A stretch of DNA of 55,350 nucleotides, from the NCBI GenBank assembly GCA_038046345.1, contig JBBSWJ010000029.1:1-55350 (forward strand). The letters are read 5' to 3'. Under the pieces are notes generated by a model. The model ran no database searches, had not been told where the DNA came from, and worked only from the letters and a program-made list of their open reading frames with translations. The translations under genes were made by a program, and so were the position numbers. This document shows positions 8,956 to 17,538 of this stretch, one piece after another. The first letter of the stretch is position 1; every line of letters starts with the position of its first letter. This DNA is from Nanobdellota archaeon. GTDB taxonomy: Archaea > Nanobdellota > Nanobdellia > SCGC-AAA011-G17 > JACPNG01.

Positions 8956-9612
8956 ATGGAAAGACTACCATTATCACTTTGGATTAAGAAAGAAACACAG
9001 CGAAAAATAGCGCAAGCACAAGATATCATAGTAGAAGAAGTTTATGCCATCTTTGAGAAAGCAATATTACATGGTGGAACAGCAATTTGGAGATGCTATG
9101 CTGGAAAGCGATTCTCAGAAGATATTGATTTTTACTTTCCTAAGAACAAAGAAAAGATAGATTCTATTTTTCAATCTTTAACAAATAAAGGTTTTCAAGT
9201 TCTTAAGAAGAAGATATCTGAAACGAGTGTTTATTCAGAATTGCTTTTTGAAAGAACATCTGTAAGGTTAGAAGCAACATTCCTAAAAAAAGAAGCTATC
9301 ATCACTGATTATGAAACATTAAATGGGCGTATCATCGCTGTTTATAGTTTAACACCTGAAATGTTTGTTATTGAAAAGGCTCATGCATACCTCAAAAGAT
9401 TCAAAATTAGGGATTTATGGGATATATTTTTTCTTTTACACCTAATAAAAAATAATCATATTGTAAAGAAAGAGCTTGAGCACCTTATTAAAAATTATAA
9501 AAATCCAATTGATGAAGCAGACCTTAAAATAATTATTTTTGAAGGAATTGTACCATCATCACAGGAAATGTTTAGGTACATCACACAAAAATGGGAAAAC
9601 GAATACATCTAG
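8956..9612 (+). CDS. AbiEii/AbiGii-family nucleotidyltransferase toxin (type IV TA, DUF1814-like)
   Basis: GGTAIWRCYAGKRFSEDIDFYF matches the family hallmark GGTAL...RxSxDxDF. Start placed at MERLPLSLW. Confidence 0.75.
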   Translation: MERLPLSLWIKKETQRKIAQAQDIIVEEVYAIFEKAILHGGTAIWRCYAGKRFSEDIDFYFPKNKEKIDSIFQSLTNKGFQVLKKKISETSVYSELLFERTSVRLEATFLKKEAIITDYETLNGRIIAVYSLTPEMFVIEKAHAYLKRFKIRDLWDIFFLLHLIKNNHIVKKELEHLIKNYKNPIDEADLKIIIFEGIVPSSQEMFRYITQKWENEYI

Positions 9613-10175
9613 ACAGGATAGAACAACTATTTGAGAAAAGCCCAGTAGTAGATATTAGGTCTATAAAAAGAATTATAAAACTACACTCAAAAAATACTGC
9701 ATATGCTAAACTTGTTATACATAATTTGCTTAAGAAAAATAAAATACAAAAAATTGCAAAGGGATACTACACCAAGTATAATGATAACTCCCTTGCTGTT
9801 CTTTGCTATAACCCTGCGTACTTAGGATTACAAACTGCGTTGAGTTATCATCAACTTTGGGATCAGGAAACAATACCAGTAATTCTAACACCACAAAAAA
9901 TACGACAAGGGATACGTACTGTTGCTGGAGGGAATGTCATGTTTAGAAATATTCAAAAAAAATACTGTTTTGGTTTTGATTATTACCAAGATGGTATGTT
10001 TTATTTGCCGTACTCTGATATTGAGAAAACGTTTATTGACCTTGTTTTATTTAAACAACCTATTTCTAAAGAACTTTTAAAAATTTTTCGTAAAAAAGTT
10101 GATAAGAAAAGAGTAATTACATACTTGAAAGTATACCCAGAAAATATTAGAAGAAAGGTATTAAAATTAATTTAA
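9591..10175 (+). CDS. AbiEi-like antitoxin / wHTH transcriptional regulator
   Basis: The N-terminal region ...IQKIAKGYYTKY, then PAYLGLQTALSYHQLWDQ and ...DIEKTFIDLVLF, resemble the AbiEi (COG5340) pattern. Overlaps the toxin gene by 22 nt. Confidence 0.6.
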   Translation: MGKRIHLDRIEQLFEKSPVVDIRSIKRIIKLHSKNTAYAKLVIHNLLKKNKIQKIAKGYYTKYNDNSLAVLCYNPAYLGLQTALSYHQLWDQETIPVILTPQKIRQGIRTVAGGNVMFRNIQKKYCFGFDYYQDGMFYLPYSDIEKTFIDLVLFKQPISKELLKIFRKKVDKKRVITYLKVYPENIRRKVLKLI

Positions 10176-10402
10176 GGTTGAACTAAAATCTATGATTTGT
10201 TAGCCTTGTGAACATCTCTATAAACATTTGTTTTACTTCTAGGGGTGTCAATAATGGATGAAAGATACTCATTCACATTAAAATGTACTTTAATTTTCTT
10301 AGGTGGAAGGTTAAACATAGCAAGGTTATCAATCACTGCTTGTTAATCAATAAATATTCTCTTCCAGCACTAAACTCATAAAGGTAGCTATTCAAGAAAA
10401 AA

Positions 10403-10486
10403 CGCCGAGGGCAGGATTTGAACCTACATATCCTTTCGGAAACTGGTTTTCAAGACCAGCGCACTACCAGATTATGCGACCTCGGC
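10403..10486 (-). tRNA. tRNA-Ser (anticodon TGA), 84 nt
   Basis: Reverse complement folds with acceptor GCCGAGG/CCTCGGC and anticodon stem CTGGT/ACCAG around loop CTTGAAA. Long variable arm, T arm GTAGG-TTCAAAT-CCTGC, discriminator G. Confidence 0.9.
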
Positions 10487-10523
10487 AATGAGATTACGGT
10501 ATGAAAAGAACTTTTAAACTTTC

Positions 10524-11228
10524 TTATTTCTTAATAAATTGCCACTGATGAGGTCTGTTTAGAATCATATGCTTGCAACGTTGTGTAACGTCAACAAAGG
10601 CAGGAATTTTTTTGTTAAAGGCGTCTAAAAAAAACCAGCGGTCATCAAAAGTTATATCTCCTTCAACACGAAATTCAATTTGTTCAAGAACTTCGCGGTG
10701 TATCAGCAAGCAACCAAGACCTGCTGATACAATAGGCTGCAATGGTTCTCCGTAAAAAATTTCATTATGGGTTAATGGCCTCATAGATGGTACTGGATCA
10801 TCTGAAGGAAGCGACTTATAAGCTAAAGGAATGAGCACATTATTATCATTCCAAATATTTCTTGCAAAATAGATGCCAGAGATAAGCTTTTTATTGTGAG
10901 ATAATAATTTTTGAATGAGATTTGGTGGCGGGATAACATCCTGTTCTAAGCTTAAAAACCATTCATATCCCCCGTCAAGAACTTTTTTTCTAAGGAGATT
11001 ACGAGACGCAACAATACGCTCACGTGCTCCTTCAATCCATGGACCACGGGATACTTCAAAACCAAGGCTAGCAAGCTGCTTAAAATATTTAAGATCTTTA
11101 CTATTCTCCACTAGAGCAACATCAAATTTGCGGTAAGTTAGACTGCGCAGCCCGTTCATGTACTCGAGAATACAATATTCTTTATGAAAACTAGTTGGAC
11201 AGCCTACAAGCATATTATTTTTTACCAT
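10524..11228 (-). CDS. Probable GT-A fold glycosyltransferase (GT2-like)
   Basis: 234 aa. The N-terminal beta-alpha pattern VGCPTSFHKEY...VALVENSKD, the acidic motif SLEQDV and GLGCLLIHREVLEQIEF are typical of GT2-type enzymes. The call rests on pattern only. Confidence 0.5.
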   Translation of the reverse strand: MVKNNMLVGCPTSFHKEYCILEYMNGLRSLTYRKFDVALVENSKDLKYFKQLASLGFEVSRGPWIEGARERIVASRNLLRKKVLDGGYEWFLSLEQDVIPPPNLIQKLLSHNKKLISGIYFARNIWNDNNVLIPLAYKSLPSDDPVPSMRPLTHNEIFYGEPLQPIVSAGLGCLLIHREVLEQIEFRVEGDITFDDRWFFLDAFNKKIPAFVDVTQRCKHMILNRPHQWQFIKK

Positions 11229-11230
11229 TT

Positions 11231-12211
11231 CTACTCGAAATTTGAGCGGTATTTCCTTTTTAAAAGAATACCAATTATAATGAATAGTATTACAACAATT
11301 ATAATAACTATTGTAGTAATAAAAATTGACTTACCATGGATTTCACCACCTAGAAGAACACTTTTTTGTTGGCTCTTAAGCGGTGTTGCTTCCCGCTCAA
11401 GTTGCTTGAAATTATCAATAACAGCATCTACTTTAGTGGGTTCAACTGGCTCTGAGCCTGCAGTAATCTTGGTTATAAAATATGATTTATCACAATAAGC
11501 AAAATCATCAAATTTTACATTAGGATAAACACTTGGATGGCAGGATTTTGGCAGATTGTCTTTTAATAAGATGATCATTGACTCAACAGAATTATCAGGC
11601 AAGGGCACAGTCAGTTTGGTAATACCATTAGGATAAGTGGTGAAAATACTCCCTTGTGTTATTGAACCGGACTTAGAAAATGCACCTTCAACTGATTTGA
11701 AGTTAGACACAGCGTTAATAGTGATATCAACAACATCACTTGGATGAAGAACTACCCCTTGATTTAGCCCGCTTATGTTTAGATCAGCAATTAAAGAATC
11801 ATTATCCATGCCACATTTAACAATGTCAACACCTAATAAGTCGCAAGTAAAAAATAATCCTGGACATGAGGCTGCATCTGAAATAGATCTGTTAACTCCG
11901 CTTTCAGTAAAAGTTGCAATAAATGTATGCATTCCTTCTTTATTTATAGAAGCAGATGGAGTAGTGAATGTGTCATATCGACTCTTAGCAGTATCACTAG
12001 CTTTAATGTGTTTACCTTCCCAAAATCCTGATAGTTTTGTTCCGTCCATGTTTATACTTATAGAATCAGTATAAATCTTTTGATCATCAAGGTCAGCAGC
12101 AAAAGTAATCTCGGCATGGCCATCATCGAAACATTCAATGTCATAAAACCTTAATGCATTGACTGCAGGAAGAAAAATTAGAACTAACAATAATAAAAAG
12201 TACCACCTCAT
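11231..12211 (-). CDS. Hypothetical surface protein with a signal peptide and a C-terminal TM plus basic tail
   Basis: N-terminus is MRWYFLLLLVLIFLPAVNA. C-terminus is SIFITTIVIIIVVILFIIIGILLKRKYRSNFE. Confidence 0.75.
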   Translation of the reverse strand: MRWYFLLLLVLIFLPAVNALRFYDIECFDDGHAEITFAADLDDQKIYTDSISINMDGTKLSGFWEGKHIKASDTAKSRYDTFTTPSASINKEGMHTFIATFTESGVNRSISDAASCPGLFFTCDLLGVDIVKCGMDNDSLIADLNISGLNQGVVLHPSDVVDITINAVSNFKSVEGAFSKSGSITQGSIFTTYPNGITKLTVPLPDNSVESMIILLKDNLPKSCHPSVYPNVKFDDFAYCDKSYFITKITAGSEPVEPTKVDAVIDNFKQLEREATPLKSQQKSVLLGGEIHGKSIFITTIVIIIVVILFIIIGILLKRKYRSNFE

Positions 12212-12239
12212 ATCTATGCTTATTTAAACTTGTTTTTAA

Positions 12240-12851
12240 TCATTTTGGTGGTCTAATAATACCAATCAATTCAAAATTCAAACGATCAACAGCCCTGATA
12301 ATGTCAATTTCGTTGCCCCCATGAACTAAAATGCAGTTATTTTTCAGGCTTACTGAAGTATCATTAGCTAATTCAAGAATTATCAAACCATCTTTTGTTT
12401 TATCACAGGTTAAAACCGGAATATCTGGATGTTTGCTATCAAACTCAGTAAACGAGCTAAATACAGGGATACCAAAAAATGACTCAATAAACCCATCTAT
12501 ACTCAATCCTGCTAGAGCTGTAAGCCCCCTTAATTCAGGATCAAATGGATTGATGCCAACAAATATTTTCTCCTTGCTTAAGACATAATCTTTTACATTA
12601 CCTATAACAGAAATATTGTCTACTAAGTTTGGTGGATTACGAGAGTTTAGATAATATGGATTACCATTGTGTATAAACTCTACCCTGTATGTTGTGATCT
12701 TACCATTGGACACTGGTTGAACTTTAAAATCATTATACAAGTAAGCCCCTTCAATTGCTAGATTCTGTTTTACTAACACCGTACCTAAAAAGAGCAAGAA
12801 TAAAACTACTACAACAAGAAATATTTTTTTTATTTTATGTTCATTATTCAT
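12240..12851 (-). CDS. Hypothetical N-terminally anchored protein, paralog of 12848..13423
   Basis: N-terminal TM segment. The C-terminal block NDTSVSLKNNCILVHGGNEIDIIRAVDRLNFELIGII aligns with the neighbouring protein. Confidence 0.7.
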   Translation of the reverse strand: MNNEHKIKKIFLVVVVLFLLFLGTVLVKQNLAIEGAYLYNDFKVQPVSNGKITTYRVEFIHNGNPYYLNSRNPPNLVDNISVIGNVKDYVLSKEKIFVGINPFDPELRGLTALAGLSIDGFIESFFGIPVFSSFTEFDSKHPDIPVLTCDKTKDGLIILELANDTSVSLKNNCILVHGGNEIDIIRAVDRLNFELIGIIRPPK

Positions 12852-13423
12852 GGGATAATACCAAGCAAGTTATAAGCTGATCTTTCTAAAATCTTGACAA
12901 TGTTTTCTATTGACCCCTCAAAGTATAAACAGTTATCTTTAAGAGAGATATTTGAAGTATTATTTCCATCCAGTATAACTAAAACTCCAGTAGATTCGTC
13001 AGCATTGTCACAGTTACGAACTGGGTAATTATTAAGCTTACATAGCTCTGAGTCCGCAGGACATGCAGGAAATACCTTAGAGTTAATACCATAAACAGAA
13101 GAAAAACTATTAAATTTAACTCTAGCAAAATTACCCAAGCTTGATCCAGGGCTCGTACTAAAATATATCTTAGACACTTTAGAAAACTGAGAAAAATCCA
13201 CTAATTCAATGTCTAGCACTTCTGAAGGCAGAAAAGAAAATATGACATCTTGATTATTTACTTTAGTAACCCAAGCATTATCAATAGGTTTAAACTCAAA
13301 TCCATTGAACTCGCGAATATCTTCTTCGTTGTTATTTGAATTGCTTATATTCAAAGCACTGCCTATCATTATGCTAATAAAAAATAATCCAATAATTATA
13401 ACACTAATTTTCTTGCGATCCAT
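12848..13423 (-). CDS. Hypothetical N-terminally anchored protein, paralog of 12240..12851
   Basis: N-terminal TM segment. C-terminal block is NNTSNISLKDNCLYFEGSIENIVKILERSAYNLLGII. ATGA overlap with the downstream gene. Confidence 0.7.
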   Translation of the reverse strand: MDRKKISVIIIGLFFISIMIGSALNISNSNNNEEDIREFNGFEFKPIDNAWVTKVNNQDVIFSFLPSEVLDIELVDFSQFSKVSKIYFSTSPGSSLGNFARVKFNSFSSVYGINSKVFPACPADSELCKLNNYPVRNCDNADESTGVLVILDGNNTSNISLKDNCLYFEGSIENIVKILERSAYNLLGIIP

Positions 13424-13460
13424 GAATAAGGCTAGAAGTAGTGGTTTTTATAATTTTCTT

Positions 13461-14351
13461 TTAAAAAATAGCAGGAGTTATGTATACTTCAACGATAGCC
13501 CCAATTATTAACAGGATTAAGGCAAGGACCATAAGCGCAGAAACATCGCGAATTATACGTTGAAACTTTCCAGTATAGAACTCATGGTGAATTACCGCTA
13601 CAGAAATAATTCCACCAGCTAATCCACCTGCAAAATAAGCAAATATCTCAAAAATACCATGGGTAAGGTAACGTAGAACTCCAATAGTAAACAAACCAAA
13701 ATACAATGACACCCTTTCGAGACCTACTGCTGCCGCAGCAGTGGAAAGCCCATTACGTATGTAAGCACCAGCAGCACCGGCAATAACACTGGCGTTCCAT
13801 GTAAGTATAAAAATAGCCCCAGCACCGTAAAAAAATGAGAAAAATAAGCAGAATATTAATACTTTAACGTTATTATTGAATATTTTTATAAAAATTTTGC
13901 TACCTATAAGATCACCAGTACTAAATTGGTTTGTAACTGCGTTGCTATTTATGTTTTTAATAGTGCTAATCTGCGCTGAGAATAATGATTCAACCTGGTC
14001 GGATGGCAACAAAGAATACCAAATCACAAAAGCTATTAAGATGCCAAGAAATAATGCCATAAAGAAAGTTATTGCTTTACTATGAAATTTTAACAATCTT
14101 TTTTCTTCTAAAATAACCTCGCTTTTACGTTCTTCGCTTTTTATGGACGTATACATTAAAGGAATTGCGGCAAAAACAGTCAAGAACACCATTATCAAAC
14201 TTGCTTGATCATGAAATATCCATAATCCAAGAATCACAGCAATACTAGCATAAAGAACTCCATATAAAAAGAGCTCCTTCATTGATCTATCACTCTCTTT
14301 GCCAGCAGTTAATGACTCAAGAACCATTACAAGGTTATTGTCGAATCTCAC
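13461..14351 (-). CDS. SpoIIM-like (DUF95) polytopic membrane protein
   Basis: Multiple TM segments. YGAGAIFILTWNASVIAGAAG and THGIFEIFAYFAGGLAGG resemble SpoIIM/DUF95 signatures. Confidence 0.6.
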   Translation of the reverse strand: MRFDNNLVMVLESLTAGKESDRSMKELFLYGVLYASIAVILGLWIFHDQASLIMVFLTVFAAIPLMYTSIKSEERKSEVILEEKRLLKFHSKAITFFMALFLGILIAFVIWYSLLPSDQVESLFSAQISTIKNINSNAVTNQFSTGDLIGSKIFIKIFNNNVKVLIFCLFFSFFYGAGAIFILTWNASVIAGAAGAYIRNGLSTAAAAVGLERVSLYFGLFTIGVLRYLTHGIFEIFAYFAGGLAGGIISVAVIHHEFYTGKFQRIIRDVSALMVLALILLIIGAIVEVYITPAIF

Positions 14352-14374
14352 TATATTAATGTTTCGTTAGTGAA

Positions 14375-14740
14375 CTAACTTAATGAGACTATTGAAACAC
14401 CAATCATTATAACAATAATACTTACCCATCTTAGCTTGCTAATATTTTCTTTGAATAAAAATTTAGAGAGTAAAGCAACCAGAACATAACTAACACTCAC
14501 TAAAGGATATGCCATACTCAAATCTAACTTTGATAGCACAACAATCCAAATTATACCGCTTAATCCATACAGAACAACCCCAAGCATAACAAATGGCCGT
14601 GTAAAAACATGAAAGAAATCTTTTACTAAAGTGTTTATTTTTAGATTAATTTCACCATGACGAATCATGCCGTACTTTAAGGATAATTGACCAAAGACAG
14701 CAAGTAGAATACTAATAAATGCTAAAGATAAACCAGCCAT
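14375..14740 (-). CDS. Small 4-TM DMT/EamA-type transporter subunit, ArnE-like (polyprenyl-phosphate-sugar flippase type)
   Basis: 121 aa. LLAVFGQLSLKYG and VLSKLDLSMAYPLVSVSYVLVALLSKFLFKENISKLRWVSIIVIMIGV align by eye with E. coli ArnE. Confidence 0.65.
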   Translation of the reverse strand: MAGLSLAFISILLAVFGQLSLKYGMIRHGEINLKINTLVKDFFHVFTRPFVMLGVVLYGLSGIIWIVVLSKLDLSMAYPLVSVSYVLVALLSKFLFKENISKLRWVSIIVIMIGVSIVSLS

Positions 14741-14741
14741 G

Positions 14742-15101
14742 TTAGCTTTTTGATAATAATATCACTCCAATAATTATTACTCCAACTCCCGTTCCCCTAA
14801 CTAAACTTATTTGTTCTTTTAAAATAACAACTGATAATACTGAGATAATAGCCATTCCAAGCGCTAATAAAGGATATGCAAGACTCAACTCAACTTTTGA
14901 TAGAGTTGTAATCCATAGTATTGAGCTAGCAATGAGCAAGCCCGCAGCAAGCCATATCCAACCGTTTGATATTATTGCGATACCAGACTGGATTATATTC
15001 CCAGGTATAAACTCAATAGTTTCAGCTTGTTGTTTTAATAACAGCTCTGATATGGATATAACAATCACAACTAACAATAAACTTCTAAACCCGCCTTTCA
15101 T
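14742..15101 (-). CDS. Small 4-TM DMT/EamA-type transporter subunit, ArnF-like partner
   Basis: 119 aa with the same architecture (LSKVELSLAYPLLALGMAIISVLSVVILKEQISLVRGTGVGVIIIGV). Lies 1 nt from the neighbouring subunit gene. Confidence 0.65.
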   Translation of the reverse strand: MKGGFRSLLLVVIVISISELLLKQQAETIEFIPGNIIQSGIAIISNGWIWLAAGLLIASSILWITTLSKVELSLAYPLLALGMAIISVLSVVILKEQISLVRGTGVGVIIIGVILLSKS

Positions 15102-15122
15102 GAAGTGGTGTGATAAGGTAAC

Positions 15123-15132
15123 TTTATATATA
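15123..15132 (+). promoter_or_regulatory. TATA box about 25 nt upstream of ATG 15152
   Basis: TTTATATATA. Confidence 0.45.
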
Positions 15133-15151
15133 TTTCTTATTGAATTGTTAT

Positions 15152-15859
15152 ATGTTAAAAAATAAATTACTGAGAATTAAAGAGATCAAACAGGAAACAC
15201 ATGATACAAAAACATACAAGTTTGATACTAAAGGGCTAAATGAAATTTTTTTACCAGGCCAATTTTATATGGTGTCTGCCGTGATAAACGGTATTGAAGT
15301 AAAGCGAGCATACTCAATTGCGTCAAGTCCAACTGAAAAGGGGATTATAGCAATAACAATAAAGATTATGAACGGCGGTAAGTTTTCAACACATAGCTTT
15401 GAGCGTTTCAAAAAAGGGGATGAAGTAAACTTTACAGGACCATACGGTAAATTTGTTTATCATGATGAATTAAAACCGGTTTATCTTTTAGGCGGCGGCA
15501 GCGGTGTTGCACCATTAAGAGCGATAATGAAATACATAATTGATAAGAATATTCAAGTGCCAGTTAAATTAATATGCTCTAACCATACACCTAAAGATAT
15601 CATATTCAAAGAAGAATTTGAACAATGGGCAGAAGAACATAAGAACATAAGCTGTTATTTTACCATCACTAGTCCAAATGGGGTGGTATGGAATGGGCAT
15701 GTAGGGAGACTGGACCAAGAAGTAATTAAAAAAGAAGTTGATGATGTTGATGGATTATTTTTTATTTGCGGACCACCAGTTTTAGTAAAAGCAATTGAGA
15801 CATCACTTATCATGCTGGGAGTACGAGAAGAAAATATCAGAACAGAAAAATATAATTAA
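15152..15859 (+). CDS. FAD/NAD(P)-binding oxidoreductase of the ferredoxin-NADP reductase (FNR-like) family, with no Fe-S domain
   Basis: RAYSIASSP is the RxYS FAD motif and LLGGGSGVAPL is the NAD(P) motif. The C-terminal FFICGPP is also present. Start taken at MLKNKLLRIKEI. Confidence 0.8.
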   Translation: MLKNKLLRIKEIKQETHDTKTYKFDTKGLNEIFLPGQFYMVSAVINGIEVKRAYSIASSPTEKGIIAITIKIMNGGKFSTHSFERFKKGDEVNFTGPYGKFVYHDELKPVYLLGGGSGVAPLRAIMKYIIDKNIQVPVKLICSNHTPKDIIFKEEFEQWAEEHKNISCYFTITSPNGVVWNGHVGRLDQEVIKKEVDDVDGLFFICGPPVLVKAIETSLIMLGVREENIRTEKYN

Positions 15860-15969
15860 TCGATACATTTATAACTCTTTTATGTTTATGAATATTATGA
15901 AAAAAGTTTGTGATGATATTGTTTCTCTAAAATTAATTATATCACTGTCTGGGAAAATAAGAGGTGTTT

Positions 15970-16007
15970 GATGAAGGGCGATTTGTTTTGCTCTTCATCT
16001 TTTTTTT
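15970..16007 (+). terminator. Hairpin (10-bp stem, 10-nt loop) followed by T8, abutting the HAD start codon
   Basis: GATGAAGGGC (15970..15979) pairs with GCTCTTCATC (15990..15999), including one G-U pair. T8 lies at 16000..16007. Confidence 0.4.
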
Positions 16008-16658
16008 ATGAAGCAGTTTATATGCTTTGATCTTGATGGGACTATTGTATCTTCAGACTTGGCTAATACAAAAGCATATCTGCATGCATTTAAGCTGTAT
16101 AGCCTACCATTACCAAACCAAAAAAAATTGATCAGCCTTTATGGAAGACCACATGAAGAAGTTGTAAGCCAGTTTGTGCATAAAGATACACCTAAAAAAA
16201 TAGTTAATAGCATTGTATCAGCACATGAACATTTTTTAATAAAGGAATCATATAAAAGTATAATGTTAATACCCCATGTTTTTGTTATTTTAAAAAAATT
16301 AAAAAAGGATTATCTTATGGGAATAGTTTCAAATTCATCCCATGCAAGCATTGAGAAATCACTAAAAAAAACAGGGATCCCACTATCATGGTTTTCAGTT
16401 ATAATCGGTGCTGATGAAGTTAAAAGGGCAAAACCATATCCCGATGGATTAGTAAAAGCAGAAAAAATCCTTAAACAAAAACCAATAGCAATGATAGGGG
16501 ACAGTATATATGATATTATGGCTGCGAGAAATGCACACATACCTGGTATTGGAGTTTTAACAGGAAACTATACAAGAAAAGAGCTCTCACTAAATAAACC
16601 AGCATATATAATAAAATCTTTAGCTTATCTACCAAAAATTTTAAATAAGCTACGATAA
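16008..16658 (+). CDS. HAD-superfamily hydrolase (phosphoglycolate phosphatase-like)
   Basis: CFDLDGTIVSS is motif I (DxDGT). VSNS, a conserved K, and GDSIYDIMAA (motif IV) are also present. Confidence 0.85.
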   Translation: MKQFICFDLDGTIVSSDLANTKAYLHAFKLYSLPLPNQKKLISLYGRPHEEVVSQFVHKDTPKKIVNSIVSAHEHFLIKESYKSIMLIPHVFVILKKLKKDYLMGIVSNSSHASIEKSLKKTGIPLSWFSVIIGADEVKRAKPYPDGLVKAEKILKQKPIAMIGDSIYDIMAARNAHIPGIGVLTGNYTRKELSLNKPAYIIKSLAYLPKILNKLR

Positions 16659-16670
16659 AGAATATTTTGG

Positions 16671-17111
16671 ATGGTATTAATAGAAATTCTGTTTACATTA
16701 GCGATTATTTCTGTGTTAGTTTTTTTATTGTTTAAGGTGTCTAATTTAATTATAAACACTGGTTTGATAATAATAATTATATTGCTAATATTATTTTTGA
16801 TCTTTAACGTAAACATACTATTTGAAACAATTAAAGGACCAATACAAGGCGAGGTTAATGATAATTTTGATTTAACCGAAGAAGAATGCAGAAAAATTGG
16901 CGGCGATTACGGGAGGCATGGAATTGCTCAAAACTTATATTGTAACCCTCCAACAAGTGATGGCGGGAATATATGCAATAAATCAGATGAGTGTGAAGGG
17001 TTATGCATGCTTAGTGATGATGGTAAGGGGTATTGTCAAAAGTATAAGTACCAGTTTGGATGTTTCTCAGCATTACAAACTGATGGAGTTATAGCTCTGT
17101 GCGTTGATTAG
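16671..17111 (+). CDS. Hypothetical membrane-anchored Cys-rich extracellular protein
   Basis: Two N-terminal hydrophobic segments followed by a domain with 8 Cys (CRKIGG...CNPP...CNKSDECEGLC...YCQKY...GC...LC). Confidence 0.6.
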   Translation: MVLIEILFTLAIISVLVFLLFKVSNLIINTGLIIIIILLILFLIFNVNILFETIKGPIQGEVNDNFDLTEEECRKIGGDYGRHGIAQNLYCNPPTSDGGNICNKSDECEGLCMLSDDGKGYCQKYKYQFGCFSALQTDGVIALCVD

Positions 17112-17239
17112 TTAGCTTCTGTTTAATTTTTGGAGTTTTGTTTGGCATTGCGTAGGAGGTTTAATAATCTTTTCTTACTGTTACTTACTGTTTAGTTTAT
17201 AATAATTTTTATATATTAGTTATAAACTGACAGAATAAT

Positions 17240-17536
17240 ATGTACGAAGGCGAAGAAGAAATTGATGAAGAAGGTTTTGAAGAAGACTATGGTTCCTCTG
17301 AGTCTACACAGGAAGAATCTACTGATGATTATGATGGAGAAGAACTAGATGAAGTTGAAGAAGGCTTTATGCAAGGCTACGTTGAGGGAGAAAGAGCAGC
17401 TAAATGCTCACTATGTAAAAAGTTACTTGGTTCAGTATTCGTTGAAGAAGAGATAGACGATCAAATATACCGTTTTTGTAATGAACAACATGCTGAAGCA
17501 TTTAAGAGGAAACATACCGAACCTACAGAAGAATAA
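17240..17536 (+). CDS. Hypothetical acidic protein with a C-terminal TRASH/zinc-ribbon-like motif
   Basis: The N-terminal half is rich in D and E. The C-terminal half contains CSLCKK-x19-FCNEQH. A TATA box (17206..17217) lies about 29 nt upstream. Confidence 0.6.
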   Translation: MYEGEEEIDEEGFEEDYGSSESTQEESTDDYDGEELDEVEEGFMQGYVEGERAAKCSLCKKLLGSVFVEEEIDDQIYRFCNEQHAEAFKRKHTEPTEE

Positions 17537-17538
17537 GC

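Noticed and set aside
10176-10402. Possible integrase or gene remnant between AbiEi and tRNA-Ser
   Set aside because: The longest minus-strand reading is about 50 codons with no recognisable recombinase motif, so it cannot be supported.
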